Part shown: positions 51,485 through 61,382 of the stretch, one piece after another
How the letters are laid out: each line of letters starts with the position of its first letter
Position numbering within the stretch: the first letter of the stretch is position 1
Origin: Myxococcota bacterium
Lineage (GTDB): Bacteria; Myxococcota_A; SURF-8; G963663525
DNA: 64,000 nt
Direction of reading: 5' to 3'
Assembly: GCA_963676915.2 (NCBI GenBank)
Contig: CAXXVK010000060.1
Span: 207,028 to 271,027 of the forward strand
Program-made: the position numbers and the translations under genes
The notes under the pieces: model-generated
What the model was told of the DNA's origin: nothing
What the model saw: only the letters and a program-made list of their open reading frames with translations
Databases searched by the model: none

Positions 51485-51859
51485 GTTTCTCTCCATCCGG
51501 TCAAAAAGCGTGGTGCCTTCTCGTGGTTCACGAGTCCATATATTTTCTATCGGTCGCCTGGGAAAAGAATGAAATCCCATCCATCCGAAAACAGCGGATT
51601 CCTTCTCTCCCATATTATATTGGTTTGTCTATCGACGACCTGGGATGAAAATTCCCGGTAAAGCTTCCGGTAAAACGAGAATTCTATGAAGAAAAAGCGT
51701 CTAATAGAATAGTTTTCGCGACGATGGGAAGCCCTGTGAAATCAGAAAAGAAGATAACACGGATTTCGCTTTACATTCCGGGGGTCGTTCGTGATAAAAA
51801 GAAGTTTCGGAGCCTTTACTATCCTTTAGAGAGAAACCGTGCTTTCGGCGGAGGTATCC

Positions 51860-54610
51860 ATGAAGTCGGCACAATCGTTCGTTTTTCGCTGTTTTCCACT
51901 TGCCGCGCTGCTTTTGGTCGGCGTGATTTTCGCCCCGGCCTGCAACTCGGACTCGGGAAGCACCGGTACAGATTCCTGCATCGCCGGGCAAAGCAAGTGC
52001 AACCTGGATGGTGTCAGCTATTTCACGTGCAACAACGGAACGTGGTCGGATGCCATCGCCTGCGGAGAAAACGAGACCTGTCAGGCGGGACAATGCGTTA
52101 CCGTTCCGGTAACCTGCACCCCCGGAGAAACGGCCTGCTCGCTGGACATGATTTCCACCTGCAAAGCCGATGAAACCTGGGGCGATCCTGAAATGTGCCC
52201 CACCGACACCACCTGCATCGTCGATCCGGTCAACGGCGACCACTGCGACGTGGAAGATCCGACCGACAAAATCTGTCGCTCGGGCGAAGAAAAGCGTTGC
52301 GATCCCGCCGATGGTGTGGAAGCCGTTCAGATCTGTAACGAATTGGGTACGGACTGGGAAGCTTTCGAAACCTGCGGAGCGAATTATTTCTGTAATGTCA
52401 ACACCTGCATCCCCGAAAACACGCCGATCTGCGAGCCGCTCGAAGACTGGCGCTGCGATCAGGACGGCATTCCCGTGCGCTGCAACGCCGAAGGTACGAA
52501 CTTCGAATACCCCTCCGGCAGCCCGCAACCTTGCGACACCGAAGAACACTGCATCGACGGTCGTTGTGTGACCGGTCAGGTCTGCGAGCCGGGAACCGAA
52601 ACTCGTTGCGTCAGCCAACAAGTCTGCAACGACGGCGAATGCGAAGAACGAAGCCTGATCCAGATCTGCACCGCCGACGGCTTAGGCTGGTCCAATCCCA
52701 TCGAATGTCCCGGTGTCCAGGAATGCGAAGAAGGCCGCTGCCGTGAGGTAAGTTGCGATCCTGAAAGCGATTTTCGCTGTGTCGGAACGACGATGATCCA
52801 GTATTGCCTCGCCAGCGGCGATGGGTACGGCGATGCCGAAGCCTGTCCCAACGACGAGGTGTGTACTACCGCTAACGGCTGCGGATCCTCGAGCTACGTC
52901 TGCCTGCCCGGCGAAAAACGTTGCGTCGTGGACGATCCCCACCTGATCGAGGAGTGCAAAGCCGATGGTACCGGCTGGATGGAAGAACGCATTACCTGCG
53001 CGGACGACCCCAACGACCCGGACAACGCCGTGGGGCTTTCCTGTATCGACGGCCAATGCCTGACGCTGTGCGAACAAAAGGAACGCCGCCGCAGCTACAT
53101 CGGCTGCGAATACTACCCGGTGGTATTGCCCAATATGGTGGACGACGATTTCAAACAAGGGAACGAGTCCGAATATGCGGTGGTTGTATCGAACACCGAA
53201 GCAAACTACACGGCCCACATCACCATTGAAGGTCCGGACAATTTCCGGCGGATCGTGGATGTAGACCCGTTATCGGACGAGACCATTCGCCTACCCTATC
53301 TCGAGGTTTCAAAAGGATACACCGTCGATTACAACGTGGGAGAAACCACCCGCAATAACAATGCTTTCCACCTTGTATCCTCCACCCCGGTGACGGTTTA
53401 CCAGTTCAACCCGTTGACCGCAAAAATTGGCAGCAATACCTTCGCTTATACCAACGACGCTTCCCTGCTGCTTCCACGCCATGTGCTGGGAAAGCATTAC
53501 CTGGCGATGACTTATGGGTCCAGGTTTGATGGAGTGGAAACAACAGTAACCCCGTCCGGCTATGTGGGGCGTCCCGATTACGTAACCATCGTCGCCACTG
53601 AAACGGGTACCACGGAAGTGAAAATTTGGCCTTCTGCTCCTACAGCACCCTCCATTGACGTGACACCGACCATTCCTGTGATGTCCCCGCGTACCGACCC
53701 CTATACGTTTAATTTAAGCCAGGGCGAAGTCTTGCAAATTTCTTCTAGTTTGGACTCTGCGCATATAGACTCGGCAACATGCGCACAAGGAACGTATAGT
53801 TCTCCGCGAACCGGAATTTTCTGCAAAGGTCCGGATCTTACCGGAACGGAGATCCAGTCCAGCCAGCGTATTGCGGTATACAGCGGCAATCTCTGCGCCT
53901 TCGTGCCTCACTATCGTTGGGCTTGCGACCACTTGGAACAACAGATGTTCCCAACGAACTCCTGGGCCATGCAATACATTGCCGCCAACATCAATCCGCC
54001 GGATTTCAGCCAGCCCGCCATTTTCAAAGTATTGGCACTGGAAGACGGCACGACCTTCCGCACCAACCCTGAACGAGCGCTCGAACAGGAAAGTCCCTAT
54101 TCCAACTCCTCTTGCTGGGACAGTGAAAACCAACGGCCCAGGACTCTCAACAAGGGGGAAAGTTGTATGATAGAGGCCACGGCAATCCAAGATTTCGCAC
54201 TGATCGCAAACGCCGGAAAACCGGTGCTGTTGGGACAATTCATGGTCGGACAGAATTACGATATCAACAACATGACCGCGCTTTACGGTGACCCGGCGTT
54301 TTTCCTGATTCCGCCTATCGAACAATACCGCTCGGATTACATCTTTTTGGTTCCACGTACGTACGAAAAAGACAAAGTTAACATCTATTCGATTTCCGAT
54401 GAAGTGACGATCAAACTCGATGGACAGCCACTGGATGTACAATGGCAACAAATCGGTGATTTAAGTGCTTATGTGTTTAGAGCCGATATTTTGGACGGCT
54501 CGCACCAGCTAAAAGCTGAAGGGAAAGTCGGCTTGATCGTTTATGGCTACGACCAATACGTTTCCTATGGCTATCCGGCGGGATTGGATCTCAGCTACCT
54601 GCCGTACTAA
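51860..54610 (+). CDS. Cys-rich repeat lipoprotein with C-terminal IgGFc-binding-like domain
   Basis: GGAGG RBS, APAC lipobox, CxPGExRC repeats, SYIGCEYY, YQFNPL, TNDASLLLP, CDHLEQQ, VSYGYPAG. Confidence 0.9.
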   Translation: MKSAQSFVFRCFPLAALLLVGVIFAPACNSDSGSTGTDSCIAGQSKCNLDGVSYFTCNNGTWSDAIACGENETCQAGQCVTVPVTCTPGETACSLDMISTCKADETWGDPEMCPTDTTCIVDPVNGDHCDVEDPTDKICRSGEEKRCDPADGVEAVQICNELGTDWEAFETCGANYFCNVNTCIPENTPICEPLEDWRCDQDGIPVRCNAEGTNFEYPSGSPQPCDTEEHCIDGRCVTGQVCEPGTETRCVSQQVCNDGECEERSLIQICTADGLGWSNPIECPGVQECEEGRCREVSCDPESDFRCVGTTMIQYCLASGDGYGDAEACPNDEVCTTANGCGSSSYVCLPGEKRCVVDDPHLIEECKADGTGWMEERITCADDPNDPDNAVGLSCIDGQCLTLCEQKERRRSYIGCEYYPVVLPNMVDDDFKQGNESEYAVVVSNTEANYTAHITIEGPDNFRRIVDVDPLSDETIRLPYLEVSKGYTVDYNVGETTRNNNAFHLVSSTPVTVYQFNPLTAKIGSNTFAYTNDASLLLPRHVLGKHYLAMTYGSRFDGVETTVTPSGYVGRPDYVTIVATETGTTEVKIWPSAPTAPSIDVTPTIPVMSPRTDPYTFNLSQGEVLQISSSLDSAHIDSATCAQGTYSSPRTGIFCKGPDLTGTEIQSSQRIAVYSGNLCAFVPHYRWACDHLEQQMFPTNSWAMQYIAANINPPDFSQPAIFKVLALEDGTTFRTNPERALEQESPYSNSSCWDSENQRPRTLNKGESCMIEATAIQDFALIANAGKPVLLGQFMVGQNYDINNMTALYGDPAFFLIPPIEQYRSDYIFLVPRTYEKDKVNIYSISDEVTIKLDGQPLDVQWQQIGDLSAYVFRADILDGSHQLKAEGKVGLIVYGYDQYVSYGYPAGLDLSYLPY

Positions 54611-54625
54611 CGGGGAAACGCTATC

Positions 54626-55150
54626 GTGGAGACATTTTCCCGCTGGATGGGACCGCTGCTAAGCACTCGGTTCATCAAGTTCTGTGGCGTGGGTCTGAGC
54701 GGCGTTTTCGTCAACCTGGGAATACTGTACCTTGCCGCCGATGTCCTGCTGATTCAGGACAACCTCGCTTCGGCCATCGGTATCGAGGTGTCGATTCTCT
54801 GCAATTTTCTGATCAACGACACCTGGACGTTCCGCGACCGTCGCGCGGAAGCGAAAGTGGGATTTATGGCCCGTATGGGTCGCTACCACCTGACGGCTTT
54901 CGTCGGGGGTGTGATTCAGTGGTTCCTGTTCGTCACGTTGAACCTTTTGTGGCTGAATCTGTTGTGGGATTCTCACGCTTATTTCCATGAAATCAGCTCA
55001 TTACAGGGAACAGATTTCTGGCTGGCACCCGTTTTGAATCCACCGGACGTCGGCCAGTGGAAATATCTTTCCCAACTTGTCGGGATCGGAGTAGCCACGT
55101 TCTGGAATTTCCTGGTGAACTTTTTTTGGACCTGGAGGCAGAAATCATGA
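54626..55150 (+). CDS. GtrA-family membrane protein
   Basis: RFIKFCGVG, NFLINDTWTF, WNFLVNFFWTW. Confidence 0.9.
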   Translation: METFSRWMGPLLSTRFIKFCGVGLSGVFVNLGILYLAADVLLIQDNLASAIGIEVSILCNFLINDTWTFRDRRAEAKVGFMARMGRYHLTAFVGGVIQWFLFVTLNLLWLNLLWDSHAYFHEISSLQGTDFWLAPVLNPPDVGQWKYLSQLVGIGVATFWNFLVNFFWTWRQKS

Positions 55151-55845
55151 AAACCGTTATCGCCCTGCCGACGTACAACGAAAAAGAAAACCTGGAACTG
55201 ATGGTCGCCGCCATCGGCGAGGTTCAACCGGACGTGGATATTCTCGTGGTGGATGACAACTCCCCCGACGGAACCGGCGACATCGCCGAGCGTCTGTCTG
55301 TGGAAAATCCCCACCTATTCGTGCTGCATCGTGAAAACAAGGAAGGTCTGGGACCGGCGCTCATCGCGGCGTTTCGCTGGATGCTGGAGCGCGATTACGA
55401 CCTCTTGATCACGATGGATTGCGATTTCTCCCACGATCCCAAGTATTTGGCCGACATGCTCCGACTTGCCGAAACCCACGATCTCGTCACCGGTTCCCGA
55501 AGAGTCCCCGGCGGCGGTAGCGAAAACTGGGGATTCGTGCGGCAGATGGTCAGCGCGGGAGGCAGCCTGTACGCCCGGCTGTTGCTCGGATTGCCGGTCA
55601 AAGACGTGACCGCCGGATTCAATGCCTACCGTCGGCACGTACTCGAAACCCTCGATTTCGACGCCCTTTTCACCAGCGGTTACGCCCGCCAGATCGAGTT
55701 GAAATACCGCATCTGGAAAGGCGGTGCGAAACTGGCCGAAACGCCGATCGTTTTTCCCGATCGCGTGCGAGGAACCTCCAAGATGTCGTCGGGGATTTTT
55801 TTTGAAGCGCTTCTCAGCGTAGCCAAGCTTAAGTTAAAAGGCTAA
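55147..55845 (+). CDS. Polyprenol monophosphomannose synthase-like GT2
   Basis: PTYNEKEN, VDDNSPDGTG, MDCDFSHDP, RVRGTSKMS; ATGA overlap with the GtrA gene. Confidence 0.92.
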   Translation: MKTVIALPTYNEKENLELMVAAIGEVQPDVDILVVDDNSPDGTGDIAERLSVENPHLFVLHRENKEGLGPALIAAFRWMLERDYDLLITMDCDFSHDPKYLADMLRLAETHDLVTGSRRVPGGGSENWGFVRQMVSAGGSLYARLLLGLPVKDVTAGFNAYRRHVLETLDFDALFTSGYARQIELKYRIWKGGAKLAETPIVFPDRVRGTSKMSSGIFFEALLSVAKLKLKG

Positions 55846-55865
55846 CCCCCCTCCGTAACCTCCTA

Positions 55866-56867
55866 TCAATTGGCGCGATGAATCCCTTCCGGGCGAGGTT
55901 TGAAAACTTTTGGCTCGGGTTCTTTCTTTTTCGGAGCCGGTTTCGCCGGTGCTTTGGGTTGAGGGTTGGCCGGTGTTGGTGGTGGAGCGGGTTTTTTATG
56001 AAGTCCCGGTGAGGGAAATCCCCAGGGATCGGGCGGTACTTCGCTGCCTTTGCCGCTGTCTAAAGCGTTTTCGATGGCTTCGATCTGTGCATGAACCACC
56101 TGTGGATTGGGGTGAGTGGCCAGCAACTTCCGATAGATTTCCAAAGCTTCTTCACGTTTATCCATGGATTTCAAGCAGTTGGCCATTTCGAATCGCGCCA
56201 TTTTTCCGTAATAAGACTCCGGATAGGTTTGATAGGTCGCTTCGAATAAATTCGCGGCTTCCTCGATTCGTCCACGCGCAACCATGGAACGTCCGATAAG
56301 ATATTTCACACGGGGAACTTCGGGATTATTCGGAAAATCCTGCAAAAACTGTTCGCCTTCGACTTCCGTCTGGTCGAATTCTTCCAACTCGAAATACAGT
56401 TTGACAATTTCCCGTCGAACTTCGGGAACTCTTTCATGTCGCGGAAAACGCTGTAAAAACAAGGAATACCGCCGAATCGCCTCTCGCAGATCGCCCAAAG
56501 TGACGAAAAGCCGAGCCAGACCGAGCATGGCTTCCACCGATTTCGGATGCTGCGGGTAGTTTTGAACGAGGTTTTCGTAATGGCTCAGGGCACCGCGATA
56601 ATCACGCAGGTAGACTTCACTGGTCCGGGCGGCATCGAACGTCGCCGTGGCGGCGATTTCATGAGCCTCGGGGCTTTCCTCTTTTACGGCCTCGTCTGCC
56701 GCTTTGAGGTATTCGAGCACCGCCCGCGCATGGTTGCCATTCAACGAGAGTTCGAGGGCGTGACGATAATAGGTATGGTAGGCTTTGGGACCGAAGAAAT
56801 AGAACAGCACGGCGAGGATCACCGCTCCGCTGAGCGCCGAAAAAAACCATCGGATACTGCGTGCCAC
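55866..56867 (-). CDS. Membrane-anchored tetratricopeptide repeat protein (BamD/CpoB-like TPRs)
   Basis: N-terminal TM; repeated A...Y/F...YP/FP TPR units; Pro-rich tail. Confidence 0.85.
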   Translation of the reverse strand: MARSIRWFFSALSGAVILAVLFYFFGPKAYHTYYRHALELSLNGNHARAVLEYLKAADEAVKEESPEAHEIAATATFDAARTSEVYLRDYRGALSHYENLVQNYPQHPKSVEAMLGLARLFVTLGDLREAIRRYSLFLQRFPRHERVPEVRREIVKLYFELEEFDQTEVEGEQFLQDFPNNPEVPRVKYLIGRSMVARGRIEEAANLFEATYQTYPESYYGKMARFEMANCLKSMDKREEALEIYRKLLATHPNPQVVHAQIEAIENALDSGKGSEVPPDPWGFPSPGLHKKPAPPPTPANPQPKAPAKPAPKKKEPEPKVFKPRPEGIHRAN

Positions 56868-57042
56868 GTCATCCTCTCGTTCTTGAAGAAAAACCAGGTT
56901 GTTTCGTACCGTCGCATTCCCGCGACTCGAAACGCGGAAACGATTCCATGTTTCGCATTATTCCCCCGAACGAAGCAGGGAACCACCTTTTTTTACGAAA
57001 GGACGCGAAAAGTTTCTATTTTTACGGAAATTTCAGCCGGTT

Positions 57043-58086
57043 TTACAGGCTGGCCGTAGTTTCGAAAGCCGGGACGGGACGTGCCAGGTCGAGTTGCTCG
57101 ACAAGAGGCCGTATGGCGTCGAGAAACGCGGCTCGGTGTTTCTCGTCAAGCGGCGGATACGCTACTCCATGAACTTTCAACGGGTTGACGACTCTCCCGG
57201 CGGACGAACGAAGCTCGTAATGCAGGTGCGGTGCATAGCTTCGACCCGTATTGCCGACATAGCCTATGACTTCCCCGGAAGACAAGTGACGACCGACCGC
57301 CGCTTTTTCGGCGTAGCCGTCCAGGTGAAGGAAGTAGGCATGATAGGGTTTAGAATCGTAGCGAACCACAAGATAGGTTCCGCTGCGTCGGTCGGCCCTG
57401 CGCGCTTCGACAACCCCGGAAAACGGAAGATGCACCGGGGTTCCGACCGGAGCTTTGATATCGATCCCGTTATGTCGCGGGCGGCGATCTTTGAGTAGCG
57501 CCGTGATTTCTTCGTAGTCTTTCATCGGTCCTTGGACGATTTCCGCCTGGGTGGTAACCCCGTTACGATCGTAGTAGCGACCGAAAGTCTCGCCCGGACC
57601 TTGGAAATAAAAACTTTCGAAGGTTTTGCGATGTCGGGTTCCCTCAACACGTGCGGCAAGGATTCTCAATCCGTCGGTCCGTGAATCGTCGAAATCGAAA
57701 ACGATGGAGAACTGATCTCCGGGACGCAGATCTTTGCGGAAATCGATCTTGAACATGAAAATCCGCTTGAGATGCGCCGCCAGTTTTTCGGCCAGCAACG
57801 TTTCATCCGGGCTGTGGGCATCGAGCGACGAAGTAACCGCGCTGTACAGGTTGCTGTCGATGGTCCCTGCTACGGAAAAATATCCCCCGGTGTCGGGCGC
57901 ATCGGGCGGCCAGGTTGGGGCAGGCAAAGCGGGTGGAGACTGCGGTTGAGCCGCAACGGGTTGCGGTAGTGATGTTTCTTCGTTGGCAAGCGACAACGCC
58001 GCATGAGACTGTGAAGGCGCATCATCCACGCAATACGCAAGAATCAACCCTCCAAAAACCGCTAGCAATGCAAGGTATTTCATCAT
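57043..58086 (-). CDS. M23 family metallopeptidase (MepM-like)
   Basis: Signal peptide; IDFRKDLRPGDQF; HNGID and PHLHYE zinc motifs. Confidence 0.92.
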   Translation of the reverse strand: MMKYLALLAVFGGLILAYCVDDAPSQSHAALSLANEETSLPQPVAAQPQSPPALPAPTWPPDAPDTGGYFSVAGTIDSNLYSAVTSSLDAHSPDETLLAEKLAAHLKRIFMFKIDFRKDLRPGDQFSIVFDFDDSRTDGLRILAARVEGTRHRKTFESFYFQGPGETFGRYYDRNGVTTQAEIVQGPMKDYEEITALLKDRRPRHNGIDIKAPVGTPVHLPFSGVVEARRADRRSGTYLVVRYDSKPYHAYFLHLDGYAEKAAVGRHLSSGEVIGYVGNTGRSYAPHLHYELRSSAGRVVNPLKVHGVAYPPLDEKHRAAFLDAIRPLVEQLDLARPVPAFETTASL

Positions 58087-58106
58087 TGGTGGTTCTCGGG
58101 GGTGGA

Positions 58107-58565
58107 TTATTCTGTGATTTCAGGGGTGTTCAGTTTTTCCTCGAGATAGGTATGAAAGCGGCTGATGAAACTTCTCGATCCGCCGTTCAAGGCGAACTCC
58201 ATCAGCAATTCCAACCGAACCGTTGTTTCGTGGTCCAGGAAATGCTCCATTTTGCAGGCGATATCGATGGCTTTTTCCTCGGGAAGTTTCAGCATCGTAC
58301 GCAGCAGAGCGTTCATGACGTCTTCGCGGCGAACGATGTCCTGCGCAATTTCGCCGCCGGATTCGGTGAGCTTGACGTACCCGTAACGCTCATGCTCGAC
58401 GAGATCCATTTTTTCCATTTTTTTCAGGATTCCCGAGGTGCTGGGATAGGTTACGCCCAAAGCCTGGGAGATTTCCTTCACCCTGACGACGCCGCGCTTG
58501 AGTTCGATTCGATAAATAGCTTCAAGATAATCTTCGATATTCGACGTAATTTTGCTTTTCTGCAT
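58107..58565 (-). CDS. DtxR/MntR-family metal-dependent transcriptional regulator
   Basis: EDYLEAIY, HTH VRVKEISQALGVTYPS, YGYVKLT, ACKMEH. Confidence 0.92.
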   Translation of the reverse strand: MQKSKITSNIEDYLEAIYRIELKRGVVRVKEISQALGVTYPSTSGILKKMEKMDLVEHERYGYVKLTESGGEIAQDIVRREDVMNALLRTMLKLPEEKAIDIACKMEHFLDHETTVRLELLMEFALNGGSRSFISRFHTYLEEKLNTPEITE

Positions 58566-58662
58566 CCCAATCGCTTCCTTCCAGCATTCGATCCATGGCA
58601 TCGTTCGCGGGAACAAACAGAGAGGCGGCACTTTTTGTTGATAGCCCCTAACATACGGAGGC

Positions 58663-58691
58663 ATGTTAAAAAGCCCATTTCGCCACGTCAA
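58663..58691 (-). promoter_or_regulatory. Sigma70 promoter candidate for the DtxR-like gene
   Basis: Minus strand TTGACG-N17-TAACAT. Confidence 0.55.
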
Positions 58692-58919
58692 GAAAAATCT
58701 TTATTCCTAACTTTATTCGTTTTTTTCGCTCTCTACGAACTGATGCCCGTTTCGGTCGTTGGATCCACCGCAGCCGGATCATTCACGAACCTGTGTTGCG
58801 AGCTGTCGTGACGCGTGAAATACGGGGCCGAATAGATGGATGAAAGAAGAAAGGCTTGAGATCGATGAAAACAAAAATGGGGGAATCTGCTTGACAGACA
58901 GGTCTCTCTTATTGATGGC

Positions 58920-59002
58920 ACCCGTTGGAGGATCGTAGCAAAACGAGGGAAAGATCAAGAATTTTCAAGTCGTAGTAGATTCTTCATGAATCATCCAGGT
59001 TA
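58920..59002. mobile_element. Internally deleted copy of palindromic MITE family A
   Basis: GAGGATCGTAGC left-arm remnant joined to GAAAGATCAAGAATTTTCAAGTCGTAGTAGATTCTTCATGAATCATCCAGGTTA right arm. Confidence 0.8.
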
Positions 59003-59016
59003 GGGTTGCATCTCAC

Positions 59017-59044
59017 AAAAAAAACGGGGCCGAAGCCCCGTTTT
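59017..59044 (-). terminator. Rho-independent terminator of rpsA
   Basis: AAAACGGGGC-TTCG-GCCCCGTTTT with a T-tract on the minus strand. Confidence 0.9.
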
Positions 59045-59066
59045 GTAGAAAACACTGTTTGCGATT

Positions 59067-61046
59067 TTATTCGCTTTTTTCCTCGTCTGCCGGGGCATCC
59101 TCGGCCGGAGCTTCTTCCACCGGAGTTTCTTCCGCCGGGGTTTCTTCGGCAGGAGCAGCTTCGACAGCTTCTTCCGTTGCAGGAGCTTCGGGAGTTTCTT
59201 CGACGGCTTCGGGAGTGGCTTCTTCCTTCTTCTCCTCTTCGGCTTTTTCCGACTCGGGAGAAACCTTGAAGCCCGCCAACTGGCTGGCCAACTGGGAGGA
59301 AACGGTCTTCTGCGCCTTCTCGGAAGCGATCAGGTACTCGGCCATTTCCATCTTTTCCTGGTTGGTCAACAGCGCCTTGATGGACAGGGCGATCTTGCGG
59401 TCCACGGGGTCGATGTGCTTGACTTCGGCCTTGACCACCTGGTTCTCTTTGACGACCTTGTTCGGATCGTCCACCTGACCCTCGGCCAGCTCGGAGATGT
59501 GAATCAGACCCTCGACGCCATCTTCCAGCTCCAGGAACGCGCCAAAGTCGGTGACCTTGGAAATGCGACCTTCGACGACCAGACCGGTGTAGTATTTATC
59601 CGGAATGCGTTTCCAGGGATCGGGCATCAGTTGCTTGACACCCAGGGAGAAGCGTTCTTTGTCGGCGTCGATGTTGAGTACCACCGCTTCGACTTCCTGA
59701 CCCTTCTTGAACAGTTCGGAAGGATGTTTGATTTTCTGGGTCCAGGAGAGATCGGAGATGTGCACGAGGCCGTCGATGCCTTCTTCCACACCGATGAACA
59801 CGCCGAATTCGGTGATGTTGCGGATTTTTCCGCGAATGACCGTACCGACCGGGTACTTGTCTTTCAACAGCGACCACGGGTTCGGCTCGACCTGCTTCAT
59901 GCCAAGGCTGATGCGGCGGTTGTTCACGTCGATATCGAGAATGATCACGTCCACCAGATCACCTACGCTGACGACCTTGGACGGATGCTTGACGCGCTTG
60001 ACCCAGCTCATCTCGGAGATGTGGATCAGACCCTCGATGCCTTCTTCCAGCTCGAGGAATGCACCGTAATCGGCCAAGGATACGACCTTGCCGCGAACCT
60101 TCGAATCGATCGGGTATTTCTCCAGCGCATCGGCCCAGGGATCGGGAGTGAGTTGCTTGAGACCCAGGGAAACCCGTTCGCTCTTCGCGTCGAACTTGAG
60201 AACTTTGACCTTGGTTTCGTCGCCCACCTGGAACATTTCCGAAGGATGGTTGACCCGGCCCCAGCTCATGTCGGTGATATGCAGCAAGCCGTCGATGCCG
60301 CCCAGATCCACGAACGCACCGTAATTGGTGATGTTCTTGACGATACCGGTGACTTCGATGCCTTCTTCCAGGCTTTCGAGAGTCTGGAGTTTGAGGGCTT
60401 CGCGTTCTTTTTCCAGCAGGGCACGGCGGGAAAGCACGATGTTGCCGCGTTTGCGGTTGAACTTGATGACCTTGAACTTCATCTTCTGGCCGATCAGTTT
60501 GTCCAGGTTGCGCACGGGTCGCAAATCCACCTGGCTGCCGGGCAGGAATGCCTTGACGCCGATATCGACGGCCAGACCGCCCTTGATGCGCTGGGCGATG
60601 GTGCCTTCGATCAGCTCGTCGCGCTCGCAAACGGCGCAGATTTCGTCCCAGACCTTCTGGCGGTCGGCTTTTTCCTTCGACAACTCGACCTGTCCGTCCG
60701 AATTCTCGATCTCTTCGAGAATCACGTCGATCTCGTCGCCTTCCTCAATGCTGACTTCGCCTTGATAGTCCTGGAATTCCTCCAGCGGAATCCAACCTTC
60801 GGATTTGTATCCGATGTCCACCAGCACCCGATCCTTGCTGATCAGATGAATGGTGCCCTTCACCATGTCGCCTTCTTTGAGGTCGCGAGCTTCGAAGCTC
60901 GTTTCCAGCATGTCGGCAAAGCTGACTTCACCGTCTTTGGACGTGGTGGCTTTTTCGTCTGCATCATCGGCGAGCAGGTCGGCGATGCTGGCGAATTCTC
61001 CCAGGTCTTCCTGGTTTGCGAGTTTTCCCTTCGGTTCGTTATCCAT
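59067..61046 (-). CDS. rpsA: 30S ribosomal protein S1 with acidic N- and C-terminal extensions
   Basis: DIGYKSEG, AFLPGSQVD, six S1 repeats (GLLHITDMSW, GLIHISEMSW, GLVHISDLSW). Confidence 0.98.
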   Translation of the reverse strand: MDNEPKGKLANQEDLGEFASIADLLADDADEKATTSKDGEVSFADMLETSFEARDLKEGDMVKGTIHLISKDRVLVDIGYKSEGWIPLEEFQDYQGEVSIEEGDEIDVILEEIENSDGQVELSKEKADRQKVWDEICAVCERDELIEGTIAQRIKGGLAVDIGVKAFLPGSQVDLRPVRNLDKLIGQKMKFKVIKFNRKRGNIVLSRRALLEKEREALKLQTLESLEEGIEVTGIVKNITNYGAFVDLGGIDGLLHITDMSWGRVNHPSEMFQVGDETKVKVLKFDAKSERVSLGLKQLTPDPWADALEKYPIDSKVRGKVVSLADYGAFLELEEGIEGLIHISEMSWVKRVKHPSKVVSVGDLVDVIILDIDVNNRRISLGMKQVEPNPWSLLKDKYPVGTVIRGKIRNITEFGVFIGVEEGIDGLVHISDLSWTQKIKHPSELFKKGQEVEAVVLNIDADKERFSLGVKQLMPDPWKRIPDKYYTGLVVEGRISKVTDFGAFLELEDGVEGLIHISELAEGQVDDPNKVVKENQVVKAEVKHIDPVDRKIALSIKALLTNQEKMEMAEYLIASEKAQKTVSSQLASQLAGFKVSPESEKAEEEKKEEATPEAVEETPEAPATEEAVEAAPAEETPAEETPVEEAPAEDAPADEEKSE

Positions 61047-61133
61047 TAAAATGACTCAATACACCCCAGAGTTGTAACCTTCGACATGCGTTGGGGCATT
61101 TCCGCACGCGAAGCCAAAAATTCGTGACCACGC

Positions 61134-61162
61134 ACCATACTCATTCACCCATCGCATGTCAA
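61134..61162 (-). promoter_or_regulatory. Sigma70 promoter of rpsA
   Basis: Minus strand TTGACA-N17-TATGGT. Confidence 0.7.
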
Positions 61163-61382
61163 AGAAATTCTTAAGAAATTTCGATTTTCAAGCCGTGGCG
61201 AGCGGCCTTTTATTTTGAAAATATGCGGCAGAATTCGAAGATATATAGAAAAAGTATAGAATACTTCCACTCCTAAAATTTTGCATTTTTTGTGCCACCT
61301 CTCGCCAACGGTTGGCTCTTACCAAACACGAAAGAAAAACATCGTCGTTTTTGAATCAAATATCTTTGTACTGGAGGAAAAC

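Noticed and set aside
58636-58653. Possible DtxR-type operator TGTTAGGGGCTATCAACA
   Set aside because: Only the outer 4 bp are palindromic; too weak to call.
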